Shown here one piece after another: positions 1 to 9,162 of a stretch of 64,000 nt of DNA. The position numbers were made by a program, and so were the translations under genes. The DNA comes from Acidobacteriota bacterium. Its GTDB lineage: Bacteria; Acidobacteriota; Terriglobia; 20CM-2-55-15. The first letter of the stretch is position 1, and each line of letters starts with the position of its first letter. The notes under the pieces are model-generated. The model was not told the DNA's origin and did not search any database. It was given only the letters and a program-made list of their open reading frames with translations. The DNA is taken from NCBI GenBank assembly GCA_022821145.1, contig JAJEEE010000057.1:4213-68212 (forward strand). The letters are read 5' to 3'.

Positions 1-54
1 CCCAGGCTGACCGCGTTCGACGCGGCCGTCGGGGCTCTCGGACTGACGGCGTAA
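1..54 (+). CDS. 3' end of a truncated upstream gene, possibly threonine synthase
   Basis: Open frame PRLTAFDAAVGALGLTA* ends at TAA 52-54, just before the RBS (GGAGG) of a MoaD/ThiS gene. thrC-moaD adjacency is common, but only 17 codons are visible. Confidence 0.35.
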   Translation, partial: PRLTAFDAAVGALGLTA

Positions 55-65
55 GGGAGGATTCC

Positions 66-353
66 ATGGCCGCGCGCGTCTCCATTCCAACGCCTCTCCG
101 GCGCTTCACGTCCGACGACGCCCTGATCGAGGTCGAGGCGGACACGATCAACCGCATCCTGGACGAGTTGGACCGGAAGTATCCCGGATTCAAGAATCGC
201 CTCTGCGAGGAGGACGGCCGGCTCCGCCGTTTCTTCAACATCTATGTCGACGGCGAGGACGTCCGCTTCATGGACGACCTGGAAACGAAAGTCCCGGCCG
301 GGGCGGAGGTGTCGATCATCCCGGCGATTTCGGGTGGCGCGGAGCGCCCTTGA
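66..353 (+). CDS. MoaD/ThiS/CysO-family ubiquitin-like sulfur carrier protein
   Basis: VSIPTPLRRFT...RLRRFFNIYVDGEDVRF...IIPAISGG motif pattern; GGAGG RBS at 56-60. Confidence 0.88.
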   Translation: MAARVSIPTPLRRFTSDDALIEVEADTINRILDELDRKYPGFKNRLCEEDGRLRRFFNIYVDGEDVRFMDDLETKVPAGAEVSIIPAISGGAERP

Positions 354-371
354 GGGACCCGCGTCCCGACG

Positions 372-1304
372 TTACGGGTCGAGAATCGCCCGGCCCTCGT
401 CCGCGGCCCTCACGGTGGTGCGGATGATTCGCCATCCCTCCCGTACGCGCCTCGCGACGTCTTCCCCGGTATTCGCCGAGATCGCACACGCGACGTCGTG
501 TCTCACGCACGCCGCAAGAATCCGCTGGAACGCTTCCTCGAGCTCCGGCGAGTCCTGCGTCACGCCCAGCGACAGGCTCAGGTCGCCGCCGGCGCCCGGG
601 AACAGGGCCCCGACGCCGGGCGTCGCCGCGATCGCGTCGAGGTTGCGCATGCCCTCCTCGGACTCGATCATCATCACCGCCAGCAGGTCCCCGTCGGGAT
701 TGAGCGGCCACAGGTCGGCCCGGCGCCGGTACTCGGCCACGCTCACGCCCCAGGCCCAGGCCGCGTTTCCAGGAGAGGAGCCGCGAATGCCCCGCGGTTC
801 GGGATAGCGCGAATCGCGAAGCTGCGGGTAACGCATGGTGCTCACGGCGAACGCCGCCTGCTCGGGCGTATCGACGCCGTTGAAGATGATCCCGTACAGG
901 CCCAGGTCCAATGCCTGCTTCACGACCCATTCGGATTCGTCCGGCGGCGGCGCGAATCGCGCCAGCAAGGCGACGTCGGGCTGCGCGTTCCCCTTCGCCA
1001 GGAGGGTCTCCTTGTCGCCCATCGCCAGGAGGAACGTCCGCAGGGCGGCGAAGTCCATCGGGCTGTGCTCCATGTCCACGTACATGAAGTCCGCCCTCGC
1101 CCGCGCGACCTCCCGGGCGTGCGACAGGGACAGGTCCTGGGTGCTGAGGCCGTAGACGATTTCGCCCGCCTCGAGCTTGGCGACGACCGGATTCAGATGA
1201 ACGCTCTGCCGCGCCGCCGCGAGGTTCGGAAACACGATGAGCGCGGCCATGAACGCACACGAGCGTGTGCGGGCGCGCGGGAACGAAGCAATCTGCCTGA
1301 GCAC
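372..1304 (-). CDS. HpcH/HpaI aldolase/citrate lyase family protein with an N-terminal signal-peptide-like segment
   Basis: DFMYVDMEHSP, VVKQALDLGLYGIIF, MMIESEEGMRNLDAIAATPGVGALF motifs; GTG start. Confidence 0.85.
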   Translation of the reverse strand: MLRQIASFPRARTRSCAFMAALIVFPNLAAARQSVHLNPVVAKLEAGEIVYGLSTQDLSLSHAREVARARADFMYVDMEHSPMDFAALRTFLLAMGDKETLLAKGNAQPDVALLARFAPPPDESEWVVKQALDLGLYGIIFNGVDTPEQAAFAVSTMRYPQLRDSRYPEPRGIRGSSPGNAAWAWGVSVAEYRRRADLWPLNPDGDLLAVMMIESEEGMRNLDAIAATPGVGALFPGAGGDLSLSLGVTQDSPELEEAFQRILAACVRHDVACAISANTGEDVARRVREGWRIIRTTVRAADEGRAILDP

Positions 1305-1405
1305 TGCGCTACCCCCTACAGACAGCAGACACCATAGTCAAGCCGCCGATTCGATGGCAAGACGTCGTCGAACCGCAGTCGGCGACTGAACGATCCGGCG
1401 CGACG

Positions 1406-2824
1406 CTACTTCCCTCTACGAAGGACGCTCGCGCGGAGTTCTTCCAGCCGGTCGCGCTCGAGCACGACGTTGCCGAATACGACCGTCGCCGGCGAGACGA
1501 CGCCGTCGGCGCGAACGCGGATGTCCTCGAGCCGCCCGACGCGGACATCCTGATCGTGGAGAGTCCCGCGCGACACGACCGCGGCCGGCGTCCGAGGGTC
1601 GCACCCCGCCGCTTCCAGGCGCTGAACGATCATGGGCAGATGCGCCAGGCCCATCAAGACTACCAGCGTCCCGCCGCCGGCGATCAGGCTGGCCGCCCCC
1701 GTCCACTCTTCCTGGGGCGCGTGGTTGGCGCGGGAGCCTGTCATGACCATGAAGGCGTGCGCGGAGCCTCGATGCGTCACCGGGATCCCGGCCGCCCCGG
1801 GCGCCGCCGTCGCGCTGGTCACGCCGGGGACGATCTCGAACGGAATGTCCGCCTCGGTCAGCGCCCGCGCCTCTTCGCCGCCGCGACCGAAAACGAACGG
1901 GTCGCCGCCCTTGAGCCGGCATACGATCTTGCCGCGGCGCGCGTGCCCCACCATGGAATCGTGAATGAGCTCCTGCAGGCCCTCCTGTTTTCCGAGCCGC
2001 TTGCCGACGTCCACGACCTCGGCATCATCGGGCGCGGCCTCGAGCAGCCGCGGGTCCACCAACCGGTCATGCAGGACCACATCCGCGGACCGCAGGCACT
2101 CCAACCCGCGAACGGTAATCAGTCCGGGATCCCCCGGACCCGCTCCGACGATGTAGACGCAGCCCCTGGATTCCCGGTCCACGAGGTCCGACGAGGCCTG
2201 CCGGATCACCGTCTCGATCCTGTGCTCGATCGCCTCCCGATTCGATTCGCGGACAAGTTGCTGGAGATCGGAGTCGATCAGGCGATACATCACGCGCTTC
2301 TTCTGCTCGAAGTCGAGGCCCGTGTCCTTCAGGCGTTGACGCGCGCCGTCCAGAACGGCGATGTAGGATCCGATCTCGGATCCGAGCATGGCCGAAAAAC
2401 GGCGGCGGAGCCGCGACGCCAACGCGGGACTCCTGCCGGCGGTCGAGATCGCGACGGTCAAGTCGCCCCGCTCCACCAGCGCGGGAACGATGAAGTCGCA
2501 CTTCGACGGATCGTCGGCGACGTTGATGGGAACCTCGCGCGCCCGGGCCTCGGTCCAGACCGAGCGGTTGACCTCGGGATCGTCGGTGGCTACGAATACC
2601 AGCACCGCGCCGTCGAGGTCTCCCGTTCGGAAGGGCCGTTCCACGAGCGTCAAGCGCCCGGCCCGGGCCGCCTCCCGGACCGGGCCCGCGGGCGACGGAT
2701 CGATCACCGAGAGCCGCGCTCCGCAGTCCAGAAGCTGTTCGGCGCGCCGCCGGCCCACGTCGCCCGCGCCGACGAGCACCACGGATCGGCCCTCGAGCCT
2801 GAGGAACGCGGGGAAGTACTTCAC
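1406..2824 (-). CDS. cysG: Siroheme synthase (precorrin-2 dehydrogenase/ferrochelatase fused to uroporphyrinogen-III C-methyltransferase)
   Basis: N-terminal VVLVGAGDVG and AISTAGRSPALA; C-terminal VYIVGAGPGDPGLIT, RLKGGDPFVFGRGGEE, VPGVTSA. Confidence 0.95.
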   Translation of the reverse strand: MKYFPAFLRLEGRSVVLVGAGDVGRRRAEQLLDCGARLSVIDPSPAGPVREAARAGRLTLVERPFRTGDLDGAVLVFVATDDPEVNRSVWTEARAREVPINVADDPSKCDFIVPALVERGDLTVAISTAGRSPALASRLRRRFSAMLGSEIGSYIAVLDGARQRLKDTGLDFEQKKRVMYRLIDSDLQQLVRESNREAIEHRIETVIRQASSDLVDRESRGCVYIVGAGPGDPGLITVRGLECLRSADVVLHDRLVDPRLLEAAPDDAEVVDVGKRLGKQEGLQELIHDSMVGHARRGKIVCRLKGGDPFVFGRGGEEARALTEADIPFEIVPGVTSATAAPGAAGIPVTHRGSAHAFMVMTGSRANHAPQEEWTGAASLIAGGGTLVVLMGLAHLPMIVQRLEAAGCDPRTPAAVVSRGTLHDQDVRVGRLEDIRVRADGVVSPATVVFGNVVLERDRLEELRASVLRRGK

Positions 2825-3642
2825 GCGGCCCCTCCGGCCAGGTGGTCCCCGATGGCCTGGGCCAGCGCCGCCATCTTCGGCGCGCGCGGATGTATCCGGG
2901 CGCGAACGCCGCGTTCGGCCAGCGCGCCTTCGGCGACCTCGCCGATGACGGCGACCGCGATCGAGCCGTTCAAGCGGGCGGCCAGCGCCTCGGACGTTCC
3001 GGCCGACTCCGCGGTCTCGAACAGCGAGCTCACCTGCGGGGCGCTGGTGAACGTCACGACGTCCACGTCCTCGTCGAGCAGCGTCCGAATGAAACCGAGC
3101 ACGCGTTCGCGATCCGACGCGGGCGCGTAGTCGTAGACGTGCACGGCGGTCACGATCGCGCCGGCGGCCTCCAGGCCCTCTAGGAAGCCGGGGTTGGGCC
3201 GACCGTAGAGCTGCACGCCGATGCGCCGGCCGTCGACGCCCGCGCGCCGGAACATGTCCAGCAGGCCGGCCGAAGTCGGCGGGTCCGGCGCCAGGTCCAC
3301 GCCGCGTCCCAATTCCCGCAGGGCCTTCCTCGGTTTCGGCCCGCGCGCCGCGACCGTCAACCGGTGGAGCGCCGCGACGAACGCGTCCAGCCGGCCTCGG
3401 CTCCCGGCCTCGGCCGCGAGAAAGCGAACGCCGACACCGGTGAAGAAGACCATCGTGTCCAAGTCGCCGGCGATCAGGCGTTCGACGAATCGCGCGAGCT
3501 CGGGATCGTCGCCCACGGGCCGCTCCTCCAGCAAGGGGCAGGAAACGACCGTCGCGCCGTGACGCTCGATCAGCGTCCGGAACTCGTTCTCGAAGCGGTG
3601 CTCCGTGATGGCGACCGTGCGGCCTTTGGAAGGACCCGGCAT
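2821..3642 (-). CDS. hemD: Uroporphyrinogen-III synthase
   Basis: VFFTGVGV, AARGPKP, VTFTSAPQV, AVIGEV motifs; GTGA overlap with cysG. Confidence 0.88.
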   Translation of the reverse strand: MPGPSKGRTVAITEHRFENEFRTLIERHGATVVSCPLLEERPVGDDPELARFVERLIAGDLDTMVFFTGVGVRFLAAEAGSRGRLDAFVAALHRLTVAARGPKPRKALRELGRGVDLAPDPPTSAGLLDMFRRAGVDGRRIGVQLYGRPNPGFLEGLEAAGAIVTAVHVYDYAPASDRERVLGFIRTLLDEDVDVVTFTSAPQVSSLFETAESAGTSEALAARLNGSIAVAVIGEVAEGALAERGVRARIHPRAPKMAALAQAIGDHLAGGAA

Positions 3643-3670
3643 GGCGCGGCCATGGACCGATGCGCCCCGG

Positions 3671-5506
3671 CTAACGCCGGCCCATCGTGGCGATGGCGGC
3701 GATGGCGCCGGCCACGATCAGGCCCGCGATGACGAAACCGGCGTTCAGGATGCCGCTTTCCGCGTACGAGACGATGCCGTAGCCCAGCGAGCCGGTGAAC
3801 AGCGCGTAGTAGACGAACACCCAGAAGGTCTTGCGGATGACCTCGCCTTCTCTTCCGACGAGTCCGACGACGGCCGAGGCCGCCACCACGTTGTGCACGC
3901 AGATGATGTTCCCGGCGGCGCCCCCGACGGCCTGCAAGGCCACGATCCACGCCGGGTCGGCGCCGATGCGCTCCCCGACGCCGAACTGGAAGGACGAGAA
4001 CATCATGTTGCTGATGGTGTTGCTGCCCGCGACGAACGCGCCCAGGCCCCCGATGAAGGTGGCGAACAGCGGCCAGGCCGAGCCCGCGAGCGATGCGACG
4101 CCCTCGGCCAGCACGTAGGGCATCTCCATGTAACCGGACTCGCCGCCGCCGGAGTTCAGGAACACCTGGACCATCGGCACCGTGAACACCAGCGCCGCGC
4201 CGGCCGACAGAATCGTCCTGCCCGAGGTCTTCCAGGCGCGGACGTAGGCCGCCGGGTTCATTCCATGCACGAAGTAGGTGATCGCCGATACCGCAAGGAA
4301 CAGGGCGCCCGGCGAATAGAAGGGTTCGACCTCCTGGCCGATGCCCGTGCCGAATATTCCCTGGAGCGTGAACGTGGACCATGTGAACGACACCGACCCG
4401 ACGGCGTCCGCCCCGACGGTCCCGATCGCCGCCATGTCCGTGCCCCGAAGCCAGTCGTTGAACGGCAGCGCGATCGACGAGCCGAGGAACGGAACGCCGA
4501 CCTCCTGCAACCGGGTCAGGATGAGCAGCCCGGCCACGAAAAGGTAGGGCGACCACGCCTTGACGAGAGACATTTCCGGCCCGGCGGTCACGGGCTCGTC
4601 GGAGGGCGCGGCGCCGGCGTCGGCGAACTCCCAGTGCGCCGTGTCGCGCGGCATCAGGAAGCCCTTCTTGGACGCGGTCACGACGATCGCCAGCCCGATC
4701 AGGCCGCCCAGGAGCGACGGGAACTCCGGCCCCAGCACGTTGGCGACCACCAGGTACGGTATGGTCATCGCGAACGCCGCGAACAGGGCGAACTTCCAGA
4801 TCTTGAGACCCTCGGCGAAGGACTTGTTGCGGCCGAAGAAGCGGGTCATCACCGACACGACGATCAACGGGACGAACGTCCCGGCCACGGCGTGAATCGT
4901 GGCCACGCGCGCGCCCACCAGCGCCAGGAACCCGGGGTACTCCAGGCTCAGCCCTTCCGCGTAGGTCAGCACCTCGGGCGCGCCGCCCAGGCCCGTCCCC
5001 ACGCCGACCAGGATCGGAGTCCCCAGGGCGCCGAACGACACCGGCGTGCTCTGGATGATCATGCCCGCCACCACGGCGGCCATGGCCGGGAAGCCCAGGC
5101 CGACCATCAACGGGACGGCCACGGCGGCCGGGGTCCCGAAGCCGGCGGAGCCCTCGATGAAGGAACCGAACAACCAGGCGATGATGATGACCTGGATGCG
5201 CCGGTCCGGCGTGATGTCGGCGAACCCGCGGCGGATGGCCGGGATGGCGCCGCTCTCCCGCAGCGTGTTCAGGAGCAGGATCGCGCCGAAGATGATGAAG
5301 ATCAGCTCCAGGGCGTCGACGAGACCGTTGAACGACGCGGCCGCGGCCTGCGGGAAGGAAACGCCCCAGACCCAAAGGGCCAACGCCAGCGCGACGACGT
5401 AGGAGATGGGCATCGCCTTGCTGGCCGGCCATCGCAGCCACACCAGGAAGAACGCGACGGAGATGATGGGCAGCAACGAGAGCACGGACAGGAAGCCGAT
5501 GGACAT
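3671..5506 (-). CDS. lctP: L-lactate permease (LctP/LldP family)
   Basis: [42 protein letters not shown] motifs; many hydrophobic helices. Confidence 0.92.
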   Translation of the reverse strand: MSIGFLSVLSLLPIISVAFFLVWLRWPASKAMPISYVVALALALWVWGVSFPQAAAASFNGLVDALELIFIIFGAILLLNTLRESGAIPAIRRGFADITPDRRIQVIIIAWLFGSFIEGSAGFGTPAAVAVPLMVGLGFPAMAAVVAGMIIQSTPVSFGALGTPILVGVGTGLGGAPEVLTYAEGLSLEYPGFLALVGARVATIHAVAGTFVPLIVVSVMTRFFGRNKSFAEGLKIWKFALFAAFAMTIPYLVVANVLGPEFPSLLGGLIGLAIVVTASKKGFLMPRDTAHWEFADAGAAPSDEPVTAGPEMSLVKAWSPYLFVAGLLILTRLQEVGVPFLGSSIALPFNDWLRGTDMAAIGTVGADAVGSVSFTWSTFTLQGIFGTGIGQEVEPFYSPGALFLAVSAITYFVHGMNPAAYVRAWKTSGRTILSAGAALVFTVPMVQVFLNSGGGESGYMEMPYVLAEGVASLAGSAWPLFATFIGGLGAFVAGSNTISNMMFSSFQFGVGERIGADPAWIVALQAVGGAAGNIICVHNVVAASAVVGLVGREGEVIRKTFWVFVYYALFTGSLGYGIVSYAESGILNAGFVIAGLIVAGAIAAIATMGRR

Positions 5507-5659
5507 GTCAGTTCCCCGGGTTCGTCACAATGGGCGCCGAAGGCGCCGGTGCGTCCGGCGCTCGGTTTGTCCTCGATCGGAGTGGATGCACTGTAGCAGG
5601 CCGCGCCGGAATTGTACACGGTCCGGTCGCGGCGCACGGGACGGCCGTCGGACGCGCCT

Positions 5660-6046
5660 TCAGACGGCGCGGATCGGCCCCGGATAGCGCGCGACGACGG
5701 CGTCGCTCGTCAAGAGCGTCAACCCCTCGATCTGGGCCTGGGCCACCAGGATCCGATCGAACGGGTCCTTGTGGATCGGCGGCAACACGTCCACGGCCAC
5801 GGCATGCGTCCCCCTCACCGGTAGTTCGGAATAGCCGTTCTCCAGCAACCCTCGCCGCAGGAGTCGCGGGTCGAAACGGAAATCGACGTACCCGAGAGCG
5901 TTCTTGATGGCCACCTCCCACAACGACGCGGCGCTGAAGAAAACCGCGTTGGCCGGATCCTCGATCAACGCGCGCGCGTCGTCGGTCAACCGCGGCGATG
6001 CGCCCGCCGCCCACAGGAGCACGTGCGTGTCGAGTAGCAGATTCAT
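5660..6046 (-). CDS. vapC: PIN-domain toxin (VapC family)
   Basis: LLLDTHVLLW, SAASLWEVAIK, HKDPFDRILVAQA; ATGA overlap with the antitoxin gene. Confidence 0.93.
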   Translation of the reverse strand: MNLLLDTHVLLWAAGASPRLTDDARALIEDPANAVFFSAASLWEVAIKNALGYVDFRFDPRLLRRGLLENGYSELPVRGTHAVAVDVLPPIHKDPFDRILVAQAQIEGLTLLTSDAVVARYPGPIRAV

Positions 6047-6288
6047 CCACCGTCTTCGAACAGGGACCGGATTTCCTCCTCTCCGGCCCGGTCGAAATCG
6101 TCGCGGACGTCGATTTGTCCGGCCATGAACCCGACCCGGCGAACGGACTGGCCCGCCGGCGCGTCCACCGCGGTGACCTTGACGACGGGTTTGCCCGAGC
6201 GGGCAATCACGAACGGTTCGCCATTGACGGCGGCCTCGACCAAGCGCGAGAGATGCGTCTTGGCCTCGTGCATGTTGACCGTGCGCAT
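6043..6288 (-). CDS. vapB: Phd/YefM-family antitoxin
   Basis: MRTVNMHEAKTHLSRLVE...IARSGKPV. Start moved to ATG 6288, which has a GGAGGT RBS. Confidence 0.92.
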   Translation of the reverse strand: MRTVNMHEAKTHLSRLVEAAVNGEPFVIARSGKPVVKVTAVDAPAGQSVRRVGFMAGQIDVRDDFDRAGEEEIRSLFEDGG

Positions 6289-6389
6289 GACACCTCCGAA
6301 TGAACTTAGTCTGTATAGCTTAGTTCGATTGCTCGCCGTCGGCAAACGGAAGCGGAGTGGGACGGGACAGCCGCCTCAGGTGCGGGTGG

Positions 6390-6821
6390 CTACCCGCCGA
6401 TGCCGTCGGCTGTGATGAAGGCTTCGAGCGAGTCCAGTTCCTGCGTCAGGTGTTCCACCTTCAGGTTCAACAGGTGCCGGATGGAGATCATGGCCAGGAC
6501 CTTCCCGTCGGCGTCGACGACGGGCAGATGACGGAAGTGGCGTTCTTTCATGGTCTTCAACGCGTCGTCGGGCGCCGTCTCCTTGGAGATCGTCAGGACC
6601 GGAGCGGTCATGACTTCGGCGACGGCCACCTGTTCCGGGTCCTTCTTGGGCAGGACGATGCGCAGCATCACGTCGCGCTCGGTGAACATGCCGCGGATGG
6701 CCCCGGCGTCGACCACGACCACGGCGCCGACCGTCCCGTCCTTCATCGCGCGAATGGCCTCGATCACCGTGGCATCCGGGCTGACGGTCACCGCCGGCTT
6801 GGCTATCTTGAGCAGGTTCAT
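6390..6821 (-). CDS. Tandem CBS-domain protein
   Basis: GAVVVVD, GMFTERD, RHLPVVD, MISIRHL. Start set to MNLLKI, which has a GGAGG RBS. Confidence 0.9.
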   Translation of the reverse strand: MNLLKIAKPAVTVSPDATVIEAIRAMKDGTVGAVVVVDAGAIRGMFTERDVMLRIVLPKKDPEQVAVAEVMTAPVLTISKETAPDDALKTMKERHFRHLPVVDADGKVLAMISIRHLLNLKVEHLTQELDSLEAFITADGIGG

Positions 6822-7019
6822 ATCGCCTCCATCGAGCCCGGTCCCGAACCTCATCGCGCTCCGTCGAGATTCGAGGCGGCGCATGGGCCGGAAGTCGGAT
6901 CCGTGCACGGACCGGCGGGACGAGAATAACGCCGATCGCGTTTCCAGTCCAGCGCCGCCGGATACCGCGGAGCCGAAAACCACTTGAAACCGGCCCCGGC
7001 CGATTGTTCAATAGGGCCC

Positions 7020-8369
7020 ATGGGATGGGCATCGGCATTGGGCGCCGCGGCGGCGCTCCTCCAGTTGACCAGCATCGACGTGGCCGTGGTCACGGTCCCG
7101 CCCGACTCCCGCGTGGACATTCCTCTGAGCCCGGCGGTCGGAGAAGTCGAAGCGCGCCGGCAAACGCATCAGACCACGCTCGAGGTCCGGTTGGACTCGA
7201 CCGCTCCGTTCCGCGCCTTCGGTGAGGCAATGCGCGCCTACGTCGTATGGGCGGTGTCGCCCGAGGGCGAGTTCGAAAACCTCGGCGAACTGGAGCTGGA
7301 CGGGGACGAAGCGGAGCTGGACACCGCCACGGCGTTCCAGCGGTTCGGGCTGCTGGTCACCGCGGAGCCGTACTTCAACGCGCCCGGCCCGGCCGCGTCC
7401 GTCGCCTTCACGTCCGGCCCCCCGCGCGACGACCGGATCCGGTCCGAAACCCACCGGGTGGAGGTCGGTCAGCACGATTACTCGACGGCGGCCCTGCCGC
7501 CGCAAGGCAGCATCTCGCCGCGCGTCACCCAGGCGCGGATGGCGTTCCGCATCGCGGAACTGGAAGGCGCGGCCGAGTTCGCGGAAACGGAATTCCGGCA
7601 GGCCCGCATCGCCTACGACTCCATGGAAGAGCTCCTTCGCCGGCAGATGGACGCGGACGTGCTGGACGCGTACGTCAGCGACGCCATTCGCCTGGCGGCG
7701 CGCGCCATCCGCGTGGGCCGCGAACGCCAGGGAGAGTTCCGGACCGATGCGCTCGCGCGGCGCGCCGAGAACGCGGAGCAGGACAACGTGCGCCTTCGCA
7801 CCGACGTCGAACGGCTCACCGCCCGGCAGGACGACGCCGAGCTGCGTCTGACCGCGCTCCAGTCCGAGCTGCAGGCCGCGCGCGAAGAGGCGCGGCAGTC
7901 CGACCTGGCCCGCGCCGAGGCCGAGCGCGCGGTGCGTGAAGTCGAAACCGAGATCGAACGGCTGAGCGATCCGTGGCCGCCGCTTCTCGACGCGTTGGTT
8001 TCGGCCGGCGCCCGGCAGACGGCCGCCGGCGTGCAGATCACGCTGCCGGTCGACCGTTTCGAGGAGGATTCGGCCGAGTTCGCCGACGGGACGCGCGAGG
8101 TCCTCGCCCGCCTGGTGGGCATCGTGGCGTCGGGCCCGCCGCCGGAGATTCGAATCGAGGCCCACCTCAGCGAATCCGGCCCGGCCTCCGATAGCCTGAC
8201 GTTGACCGAAGATCGCGCCGCCGCCGTTCGCGATTACCTGGTGTCGGCCGGCGTGCCCGAGCAACGGGTCCGAGCCGAAGGGTTCGGTTTCGCCCGCCCG
8301 GTGCCCGGCGTCGGCGATCCCGCGGACCCCGTCCACGAACGCGTCGAGATCCTCGTCACCGAGCCCTGA
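7020..8369 (+). CDS. Exported protein with a coiled-coil region and a C-terminal OmpA-like domain
   Basis: Signal-like N-terminus; helical/coiled-coil middle; C-terminal RAAAVRDYLVSAGV...GFGFARP...RVEI. Confidence 0.8.
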   Translation: MGWASALGAAAALLQLTSIDVAVVTVPPDSRVDIPLSPAVGEVEARRQTHQTTLEVRLDSTAPFRAFGEAMRAYVVWAVSPEGEFENLGELELDGDEAELDTATAFQRFGLLVTAEPYFNAPGPAASVAFTSGPPRDDRIRSETHRVEVGQHDYSTAALPPQGSISPRVTQARMAFRIAELEGAAEFAETEFRQARIAYDSMEELLRRQMDADVLDAYVSDAIRLAARAIRVGRERQGEFRTDALARRAENAEQDNVRLRTDVERLTARQDDAELRLTALQSELQAAREEARQSDLARAEAERAVREVETEIERLSDPWPPLLDALVSAGARQTAAGVQITLPVDRFEEDSAEFADGTREVLARLVGIVASGPPPEIRIEAHLSESGPASDSLTLTEDRAAAVRDYLVSAGVPEQRVRAEGFGFARPVPGVGDPADPVHERVEILVTEP

Positions 8370-8373
8370 AGCA

Positions 8374-9162
8374 TCAACCGGGCGGAACCTCTCCGCCGGA
8401 CGCGAAGGCCGGGATGTCGGCGCCCTCGCGGCGCAACCGGGCGTCGAACAACGTGTAGGGGTGGACGTTGCCCAGCGCGGCCGTCACGGACCCGGCGACG
8501 CCGGCGTGCCTTCGGTCCATGTGGCCGAGAAACTCCCGGATCTCGCTCCGCGGCCCGGCATTCTCGGCGCAGACGCATCCCACCGTCGTCAGGCCGTGCG
8601 CGGCCGCGTATTGGGCGGTCCACGCTTCGGGGACGTAGACCAGCGGGCGAATGACGCGCAGTGCGCCCTTCCTGGACGCGGCCACCGGCGGAAGCGACGC
8701 GATCCGTCCGTTGAACAGGACGTTGCGCAGGAGGGCCTCGGCGCAGTCGTCGGCCGTGTGGCCCAACGCGAGAACGGTACAACCCTCATGGGATGCGACG
8801 CCGTAGAGCGCGCCCCGCCGGTGACGGCTGCACACGTCGCATCCATGCGCGACGCCCTCGTCCACCAACCGCAGGGTCCGCGGTTCCGCTTCGAGGACCC
8901 AGCGGATGCCGAGCCGCTCGATCGTGGGACGAATGGTCTCGATCGGCGCGGTGAACTTGCCCTGCTCCACCGTCACGGCCACCAGGTCGTAGGCGAAAGG
9001 CGCGCGCATCCGGTACCGGGCGAGCGCGTCGAGCAGGCACATGCTGTCCTTGCCGCCGGAGACGCCGACGGCGACGCGGTCGCCGGGGCGAAGCATCGAG
9101 AACGCGCCCATCGCGCGGCCGACGGCGTCGAGAACCTTGGTGCGAACGGCGGCGCTATCCAT
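8374..9162 (-). CDS. ttcA: tRNA 2-thiocytidine biosynthesis protein (TtcA family)
   Basis: PP-loop SGGKDS, CDVCSRHRRG, LGHTADD, IRPL. Confidence 0.88.
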   Translation of the reverse strand: MDSAAVRTKVLDAVGRAMGAFSMLRPGDRVAVGVSGGKDSMCLLDALARYRMRAPFAYDLVAVTVEQGKFTAPIETIRPTIERLGIRWVLEAEPRTLRLVDEGVAHGCDVCSRHRRGALYGVASHEGCTVLALGHTADDCAEALLRNVLFNGRIASLPPVAASRKGALRVIRPLVYVPEAWTAQYAAAHGLTTVGCVCAENAGPRSEIREFLGHMDRRHAGVAGSVTAALGNVHPYTLFDARLRREGADIPAFASGGEVPPG

